Part shown: in pieces, positions 26,544-32,655 of the stretch
Layout of the letters: each line of letters starts with the position of its first letter
Numbering within the stretch: position 1 is the stretch's first letter
Assembly (NCBI GenBank): GCA_030609975.1
Contig: JAUWSR010000002.1
Coordinates: 1 to 32,655, forward strand
Direction of reading: 5' to 3'
Source: Acidobacteriota bacterium
GTDB taxonomy: Bacteria > Acidobacteriota > Aminicenantia > Aminicenantales > Aminicenantaceae
Length of the DNA stretch: 32,655 nucleotides
The notes under the pieces: generated by a model
Database searches by the model: none
What the model saw: the letters and a program-made list of their open reading frames with translations, nothing else
Told to the model about the DNA's origin: nothing
Translations under genes and position numbers: made by a program

Positions 26544-28084
26544 AAATGCAGGGTATATCGTCTGGGTACCTGAGAAAAGGATTTTTCCTGCTGATATTGA
26601 TCCTGGGCTCTTTTTTCTGCAGAGCCGGTGTCGATCTGGATGAGGTGGACGAGGTGCTGCGCTTTCCTCAGATCCAGCCCGACTATACTCGAACGGTGAT
26701 TCCCCCCAATATCGCCCCACTGAACTTTGCCGTGCTTGAACCAGGCGAGCGCTATTTTGTTAGGATCGGTTCTATCAAAGGGAAAAGCATCGAGGTGAAC
26801 AGTCGCGATTCCCGTATCATTATTCCCTTAAAATCATGGCGAGCATTGCTTGCTGAAAACCGCGGCAATTCCCTGTTTTTTGATGTCTATGTGAAAGACG
26901 ATGGCCTGAACTGGAAACATTTCAAGACCATACCCAACCAGATCGCAAACGAGGATATCGATGGGCACATGGCCTACAGAAAGATGAAGCCCATCTACAG
27001 TTTCTGGAGGAATATCGGGATCTACCAGCGGAGTCTGGAAAATTACGATGAATCCGTTATTCTGCATGGAAAAAGCTATGGGAACGGTTGTGTTAACTGT
27101 CATACCTTCAACCAGAACAGTCCGGATCGGATGTTCATCGGGATCCGGAGTCTCGACTACGGCAGCTCCACCCTCCTCGTCGAGAATGGGGAGGTACAGA
27201 AGATCGGAGCTAAATGGGGATATACCTCCTGGCATCCCAGCGGCCGCTGGGCCGTTTATCCAGTGATGAATGTCCACCAGTTTTTCCACTCAGGCGGCCT
27301 GGCCGTCCGGGATGTGATCGACCTGGATTCGGTCATGGTCTACTATGATCTGGAGGAGAAGAAGGTCAAGATAGAGGACGGGTTTTCGGATAAAGACCGC
27401 TTGGAGTCTTATCCCTGTTGGACTCCCGACGGCCGTACTCTCTACTTTTGCAGTGCCGCCATACCCTGGACGGACCGGACGCAGATCCCACCTGAGAATT
27501 ATGACCAGGTGAAGTACGACCTGAGGCGTATCAGTTTCGATCCCTCCACCGAGACCTGGGGAGAGACTGAGGAAGTCTTGTCCTCCCTTGAGACGGGAAA
27601 AAGCATCCTTCTCCCCCGCATTTCACCCGATGGTCGTTTTTTACTCTTTTGTATGTGCGACTATGGGGTTTTCCCGGTTTTTCGACCGAGCAGCGATCTA
27701 TATCTCATGGATCTGCAGACCATGTCCTACCGCCGTTTGAGCATAAACACTCAGTATTCCGAGTCCTGGCATTCCTGGTCGAGCAACAGCCGTTGGATGG
27801 TCTTCAGCAGCAAAAAGCAGGGAGGTGTGTTCACACGTCCCTATTTCAGCTACGTGGATTATAGCGGCAGAGTCTACAAATCCTTCGTGCTCCCACAGAA
27901 TGATCCGCTCTTTTATGCTTCCTTTCTCAAAACCTACAGCGTCCCCGAGTTTATTACGGGACCGATCAAGGTGAACACTCGGGCTCTCGCTCGGGCTGTG
28001 CGGTCGTCTGATATGATCAAGGTGGATACCTTCAGTTCGGCTTCACCGCAGCCGGGAAAGTCGAAAGCGCTTATCCGTGAATAG
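26540..28084 (+). CDS. Exported protein with one haem-c attachment motif (CVNCH) and a TolB/PD40-like beta-propeller
   Basis: The start overlaps the upstream stop (ATGA). The N-terminal hydrophobic segment is GFFLLILILGSFFC. CVNCH is at 27089-27103. Blade-like repeats are WHPSGRWAVY, WTPDGRTLYFCS, ISPDGRFLLFCM and WSSNSRWMVFSS. Confidence 0.6.
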   Translation: MKMQGISSGYLRKGFFLLILILGSFFCRAGVDLDEVDEVLRFPQIQPDYTRTVIPPNIAPLNFAVLEPGERYFVRIGSIKGKSIEVNSRDSRIIIPLKSWRALLAENRGNSLFFDVYVKDDGLNWKHFKTIPNQIANEDIDGHMAYRKMKPIYSFWRNIGIYQRSLENYDESVILHGKSYGNGCVNCHTFNQNSPDRMFIGIRSLDYGSSTLLVENGEVQKIGAKWGYTSWHPSGRWAVYPVMNVHQFFHSGGLAVRDVIDLDSVMVYYDLEEKKVKIEDGFSDKDRLESYPCWTPDGRTLYFCSAAIPWTDRTQIPPENYDQVKYDLRRISFDPSTETWGETEEVLSSLETGKSILLPRISPDGRFLLFCMCDYGVFPVFRPSSDLYLMDLQTMSYRRLSINTQYSESWHSWSSNSRWMVFSSKKQGGVFTRPYFSYVDYSGRVYKSFVLPQNDPLFYASFLKTYSVPEFITGPIKVNTRALARAVRSSDMIKVDTFSSASPQPGKSKALIRE

Positions 28085-28231
28085 CATCCTCCAATTTCTA
28101 GTCAACACATCGCCGCTTTTCGATTCGTTGACCTTGTCGTTTTGGGTGTGATAGGCTCAGTTTAGGATGGCTACGGGTATAAATCGCAGAAAATAGCGAC
28201 GGATCGGAGCAAGCCCAAAAAGGAAATTCTT

Positions 28232-28591
28232 ATGTTTCTCATTCCTTCTGGCATTCTCCTGCATTACATCTCTGGAAAGCCGGCTTTTCTTAACGATCCG
28301 ACTTATCCCTATGATGGCATCACAACGTGTGCCCACTGTACCGCTCCCAGGAAGATGAACGGCAGAGACTACGAGCCGGCGAAAATCGTCACACACTTTG
28401 AGTCAAATTACGGCGCTACTCCGAAAGTTGAATTCAGCAAAGGCCAGGTCATAACAAACCTCATCCCCAGTTTCAGTTCTAAGAAATGGATAGGATTCAG
28501 GGGGAAAATCACAGACCATCCCTTCTATGACATCTGCCGCTCACAGATTGATCTGGAGATTGACCGGAATTGGGAAATCGCAGGGGATTAG
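28232..28591 (+). CDS. Hypothetical protein, 119 aa, no family recognised
   Basis: It is an ATG-started ORF with AAGGA 8 nt upstream and contains a CAHC motif. I found no recognisable domain, and coding status is uncertain. Confidence 0.3.
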   Translation: MFLIPSGILLHYISGKPAFLNDPTYPYDGITTCAHCTAPRKMNGRDYEPAKIVTHFESNYGATPKVEFSKGQVITNLIPSFSSKKWIGFRGKITDHPFYDICRSQIDLEIDRNWEIAGD

Positions 28592-28704
28592 ACGCAAGGG
28601 ACTTAGAATCCTCCGGGAAAAGATTTCGAGGATGTAGTCATTTCCACATGCCTGGTATTTGTAAAAAGGCAGGTTCATTAAAAATGATTTCTAAAAATGG
28701 CCTC

Positions 28705-29888
28705 TTAAATCCTGTTCAATGCCTGGTCAACATCACTTATGATATCTTCCGGATCTTCGAGACCCAACGAAAATCGAATCATCTGGGGAAGGACTTTGGC
28801 AAGCTCCAGCTCCTCCGGCGTCTGCCAGGCATGGATGATATGACCGGAATACTCACCAGAGTTTCGACTCTCCCCAGGCTGGTTGCATTAAGACATAGCT
28901 CAAGGTTGTCCACAACCTTCATGGTTTCTTTCTTTCCGCCTTTTACAACGATGTTTACCATGCCTCCGAAACCTTTCATCTGTTTTTTTGCTGTCTTGTG
29001 ATAGGGATCATCGGGAAGGCCGGGATAATTAACATTCTCGACTTTCGGGTGGTTTCTTAAAAATTCTGCCAGTTTCATGGCATTTTCATTCTGACGTTGG
29101 ACGCGAACTTCAAGCGTTTTAAGGCTGCGCAGCAGTAAGAATGAGGCAAACGGATCCAATGTGGGGCCATACATGTGCATTCTCTCATTGCATTCGTGAA
29201 TAAAATCTTTCGGCCCGACTGCAGCACCTGCGAGGACATCACTGTGACCCCCCAGGTACTTTGTTCCGCTGTGAACCACATAGTCGACACCCATGGTGAT
29301 TGGCTGCTGATTGACAGGGGTGGCAAATGTATTATCGATCATCGTCTTTAAGCCGAGATCACGGGCCTGCTTTGTAATCTCCTCAATATCGATTATCTGC
29401 AGAATCGGATTGGTGGGCGACTCGAAGTATAAGAGTTTGGTCCGTGGGGAGACATGTCTTTCAAGCGTATAGAGGTCTTCCACCATTAAGAATTTCGAAT
29501 GAATCCCATACTCCTCAGGCAGCCCTTTGCGGAGAAAATTGAGGGTCTGCCCATAAAGTGTGGCCGGTGCAATCACCTCATCCCCCTTTTTCACAACCGA
29601 AAGAATGGCATTTGTAATCGCTGCTACACCTGAAGAAAAAACAAGGGCATCCTCTGCCGACTCCAGCAGCGCCAACCGTTCGTTCAGCACATCCTGAGCC
29701 GGATTGCCGAACCTTACGTATTCATGCTGGTTCATCTCCCTGTGTACGATACAGCGCTCCATAGCATCTGTGTTCGGAAAAATATAGGTCGATGATTGAT
29801 AAATCGGCACAGTCACAGGTGCGCTTTTGCCCTTGTTGGATTCGTTGCCGTGAATAGCTCGTGTTGCAAAACCATATTCTAAAGCCAT
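28705..29888 (-). pseudogene. Cys/Met-metabolism PLP-dependent enzyme (cystathionine gamma-synthase/beta-lyase/methionine gamma-lyase family) with a frameshift near 28841-28848
   Basis: The PLP-lysine block is VVHSGTKYLGGHSDVLAGA. The listed ORF ends in the unrelated ...SSMPGRRRRSWSLPKSFPR. In another frame the conserved family C-terminus QTPEELELAKVLPQMIRFSLGLEDPEDIISDVDQALNRI continues to TAA at 28705-28707. The span of 1184 nt is 2 mod 3. Confidence 0.8.
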
Positions 29889-29968
29889 TTTGTCCCCTGA
29901 AGTTTAATTGTGATTATCCGAAAACATTAAGCAAGAAGAATAACTTGCCTCTAGGTATTTTTTTCCAT

Positions 29969-31711
29969 TCACTGAAGCCCTTTTTTTCCGAAGCGGAGGA
30001 TTCTTCCTGAGCCGATCTCCACATAATCATCGCCATAAGCATTTCTGAATAACTGAATGGCCTGATCACCCGTACAGTGGGTGGCGCCGCATTTTTTTAC
30101 ACCCAGTTCCCTGAAATCTTTTATGATAGCCTCGACCTGCTCTTCTGAATGCCTCATCAGATGAAATCCGCCGAAGACAAGATAAATATCTCGATTCAAT
30201 ATTTCTTTTGCCCTCTTCAGGATGTTGACGATGCCCTGGTGGGAGCAGCCGGTAACGATGATCAGGCCCAGAGGGGTGTTGACGATGAGGGACTGTTCCT
30301 TGATGCTCTCCCCCATCTGTCCCGTCAGGTAGACGTGATCACAAACTGCGACCGCCTCGTTGACCGGAACAACCTTTGCGCCGGAAACTTCTACCTGGCG
30401 GACAAAATCGTAGGGAAAACTAAAGGGGATGTAGAGCGGAGCATGCGTGTTGGTCTCAAAAACAACGGGTAGCCCTCCGATATGATCCCAATGTTCATGG
30501 GAGAGGACGACGGCATCTGCAGCCTGAAGATCGACGGCAAGGTGCTGCACATTGTGTCTGAATGTATCCGGGTTTCCTCCCGTGTCGAAAAGGATTGTGT
30601 CCTTGGTGCCTTGGATCAGACAGGAAAATCCCCACTCCGCTTTGGTCCCTTCGGCAGCCACATAGTTGTCATAGAGGACAGTCATTGTAATGGGCTTAGT
30701 TTCCCCCTGGCCGATATTTGCAGGGACCTCCTGTCCACCCATAGATTTTATGTCCTTAGAGCTCGGTTGGCCTCCTCGGTCTTTGAGAAACTGAACGGCC
30801 TCTGATTGTCCGGCCATAATGGCGTAATCCGGAGGTGTTCGGCCCTGATCGTTTTTGGCGTTATGGCCGGCGTTTTTATCGAGCAGCGCGGCAGCGGCTT
30901 TGGTGTTTCCATGCCAGGCCGCGCCATGGAGGGCTGTATCGCTGTTTGAGTCGGTCCGGTCGGCTTTCGCACCCGTTTCGACAAGATACGCAACAAGGTC
31001 TCCTCTGTTGTAATAAGCTGCCAGAGACAGGGGAGAGAGGTCATGGCTGTCTGCCAATTCGATATCGGCGCCTTCAGCGATTAAAAGCTTGGCCAAGTCC
31101 GTTCTTCCGTCAATGCACATCTGATGAAGCGGCGAATAACCTGTTGTATCCTTTTTGTTGACGTCGGCACCCTTGGAGATTAAGAGGCGGGCGAGCTTCT
31201 CATGGCCGCCCCATAAGGCATAGAGTAGAGGGCCGCGTTTGAAGTTGTTGTAAACATCGACAGTAGCGCCTTTGTCCAGCAGAAGCTGGAAGATCTGTTC
31301 GTTGCCTTGTCTGGCGTTAAAAAAGAGAGGCGTTCTCCCGTTGACTTCCCGGGCATTCACATCCGCGCCTTTTTCGAGCAGCAAGTGCGCACATTCCGGA
31401 CGGCCGTAGGATGCGGCAAAATGAAGAGGAGTCATTCTATTGTTGTCTCCTGCATCAATATCCGCCCCTTTTTCGATCAGGAAGCCGACGATTTCGGTCC
31501 TGCCCAGTACGGATGCAAGCAGAAGCGGTGTCAGGTTATCGGGGCTTCTGGCTTCTAAAAGCCGAGGGTTTTTTTCCAGTATAGTCTGGATGGCTTTGAG
31601 GTCTCCACTGGCTACAGCCTCGTGAATGTCTGCTGTCCAGGAAAAGGAGGCAGAGACAAAAAGAGTAACTAAGAATCCAAGAATTAAGATGTGAAAAAGA
31701 TAAGTCTTCAT
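29969..31711 (-). CDS. Secreted ankyrin-repeat (about 9 repeats) / metallo-beta-lactamase-fold fusion protein
   Basis: The start is set at ATG 31711, with GGAGG 6 nt upstream. The signal peptide is MKTYLFHILILGFLVTLFVSASF. Repeated TPLH..A...G......LL..GAD.. units are present. The C-terminal MBL domain has SHEHWDHIGG and VTGCSHQGIVN. Confidence 0.8.
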   Translation of the reverse strand: MKTYLFHILILGFLVTLFVSASFSWTADIHEAVASGDLKAIQTILEKNPRLLEARSPDNLTPLLLASVLGRTEIVGFLIEKGADIDAGDNNRMTPLHFAASYGRPECAHLLLEKGADVNAREVNGRTPLFFNARQGNEQIFQLLLDKGATVDVYNNFKRGPLLYALWGGHEKLARLLISKGADVNKKDTTGYSPLHQMCIDGRTDLAKLLIAEGADIELADSHDLSPLSLAAYYNRGDLVAYLVETGAKADRTDSNSDTALHGAAWHGNTKAAAALLDKNAGHNAKNDQGRTPPDYAIMAGQSEAVQFLKDRGGQPSSKDIKSMGGQEVPANIGQGETKPITMTVLYDNYVAAEGTKAEWGFSCLIQGTKDTILFDTGGNPDTFRHNVQHLAVDLQAADAVVLSHEHWDHIGGLPVVFETNTHAPLYIPFSFPYDFVRQVEVSGAKVVPVNEAVAVCDHVYLTGQMGESIKEQSLIVNTPLGLIIVTGCSHQGIVNILKRAKEILNRDIYLVFGGFHLMRHSEEQVEAIIKDFRELGVKKCGATHCTGDQAIQLFRNAYGDDYVEIGSGRILRFGKKGLQ

Positions 31712-31976
31712 GTTGACCTCCAGGAAATGATATTTCAACATGCATAAATAGCAAATAACATGCCAGTTTCACATTCTTGGGTATTCTAACACTTAAGAAA
31801 CATACGTGTATCATTAATTCACAGTTAATGTCCGTATTCGAACAGAAATAAATATTCCCCATATCAACTTTGTGACAGAGATTGGAATCAAAACGTCACC
31901 AAAGATGTCATGAGCACCTATTAACTTACCATCCTCATCAACCTCATAGGGATTTGTCGGATCGCTCATATCTGAA

Positions 31977-32312
31977 CTATTCGTACCGAAGGGAATCTAT
32001 CGGGTTGGCAACCGCTGCTTTTATGGCTTGATAGCTCACTGTCAACATGGAAATAACCAGTGCCAACGCTCCTGCCAATAAAAGTATCCACCAGCTAATT
32101 TCAATCCTAAAAGCAAAATTTTGCAGCCAATTTTTCATGGCATAAAAAGTAAGAGGCCAAGCGAGCACATTTGCCAGGATAACCCATTTAGTAAATTCCT
32201 TTGAAAGGAAAAAAGCAATTCCGGATGCAGAGGCACCCAACACTTTACGGATACCGATCTCTTTTGTACGCTGTTCGGAAATAAATGAGGCTAGTGTCAC
32301 GTCAATCATCAA
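31977..32312 (-). pseudogene. 3' fragment of an FtsX-family ABC transporter permease, truncated at its 5' side by the IS630-family element
   Basis: Only the last approx. 105 aa of an FtsX domain are present: LASFISEQRTKEIGIRKVLGAS...VLAWPLTFYAMKNWLQNFAFRIEISWW...AVANPIDSLRYE. Homology starts at about 32297, immediately after the transposase stop. Confidence 0.75.
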
Positions 32313-32655
32313 TTGTCGGATAAAGGCGTGATAATTTTATTCGAGCATCCTTGGTGGCAAACTGCCACTTCACCTTGGCGTCTTTGTTGTTTCTAAATTT
32401 CTGCCATGCCTGCACCTCTTTCCTGACAACCTCGATGTCGTCGATTCTTCTTTTCAAGCATTGTCCCGTGAGCACGTTCAACTCTATCTCTGCCATGTTC
32501 AGCCAGCTTCCATGCTTCGGGGTGTATACAAATTCAAATCGGTCCCATAACTCTTTTGCTTTGTCAGGCTGAAACGTTTCATAAAGCGCCCCTGGCTCAT
32601 GCGTGTTAAGGTTATCCATAACCAAGGTTATTTTTTCCACGCTCTCGTATCGGTC
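32302..32655 (-). mobile_element. IS630-family (Tc1/mariner-like DDE) transposase, C-terminal part. The element continues beyond the window end.
   Basis: Motifs are ITLVMDNLNTH and YTPKHGSWLNMAEIE...ARIKLSRLYP. The frame stays open upstream to position 32655 (DRYES...). Confidence 0.8.

Noticed and set aside
28570-29001. The 143-aa plus-strand ORF overlapping the 3' end of the PLP-enzyme gene.
   Set aside because: It is a shadow of the minus-strand gene. The minus strand encodes the conserved family C-terminus across this interval once the frameshift is allowed for.
31800-31969. A 56-aa minus-strand ORF (MSDPTNPYEVDEDGKLIGAHD...) just downstream of the FtsX fragment.
   Set aside because: It is short, has no ribosome-binding site and no recognisable family, and lies in AT-rich sequence beside an IS-disrupted gene. 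The evidence for coding is insufficient.
1-32655. CRISPR arrays, rRNA or tRNA genes, integrase or phage genes, toxin-antitoxin systems and known defence-system genes.
   Set aside because: I saw no regularly spaced direct repeats and no RNA-gene signatures. No ORF carries motifs of nucleases, ATPases or reverse transcriptases typical of defence systems. The only mobile element is the IS630 fragment at the right edge.

Overview
No homology search was run. Every family call rests on motifs I read in the supplied translations or in my own reverse-complement translations.

The window is a 32.7-kb chromosomal stretch of a diderm bacterium. It has lipoprotein and Sec signal peptides, c-type cytochromes and exported glycoside hydrolases. 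The duplicated FtsX permeases look Bacteroidota/FCB-like, but the promoters (TTGACx-17-TAxAAx) and GGAGG ribosome-binding sites look classical, so the taxonomy is only a weak inference.

Content from left to right:
- (1) An octahaem c-type cytochrome lipoprotein on the minus strand. It runs off the left edge and carries an in-frame TAA.
- (2) An exported family-3 O-methyltransferase.
- (3) A compact, largely overlapping minus-strand operon encoding the whole shikimate pathway: DAHP synthase, aroB, aroD, an aroE-aroK fusion, aroA and aroC. It ends in a translationally coupled FkbO/Hyg5/XanB2-type chorismatase.
- (4) An arabinofuranoside/glycan cluster of two tandem GH127 genes, GH51 and GH97, all with export signals. 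An HAD phosphatase/mutase, a Na+/solute symporter and an APC amino-acid permease follow it.
- (5) A 1330-aa fusion of a degenerate duplicated FtsX-like permease to a second polytopic membrane/helical-repeat protein. It is translationally coupled to an exported CXXCH beta-propeller protein.
- (6) An orphan ORF, a frameshifted Cys/Met-family PLP enzyme and a secreted ankyrin-repeat/metallo-beta-lactamase fusion.
- (7) An FtsX permease gene truncated by an IS630-family element at the right edge.

I found no rRNA, tRNA or CRISPR array.

The most unusual items:
- the FtsX-like fusion with its haem beta-propeller partner (22551-28084), my best candidate for an undescribed envelope module;
- the chorismatase hard-wired to the aro operon;
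- a perfect 17-bp palindrome, TTGGGGACNGTCCCCAA, present upstream of the aro operon and of the symporter, with related half-sites in a 21-bp hairpin around the permease start codon;
- three independent coding lesions (a nonsense codon, a frameshift and an IS insertion).
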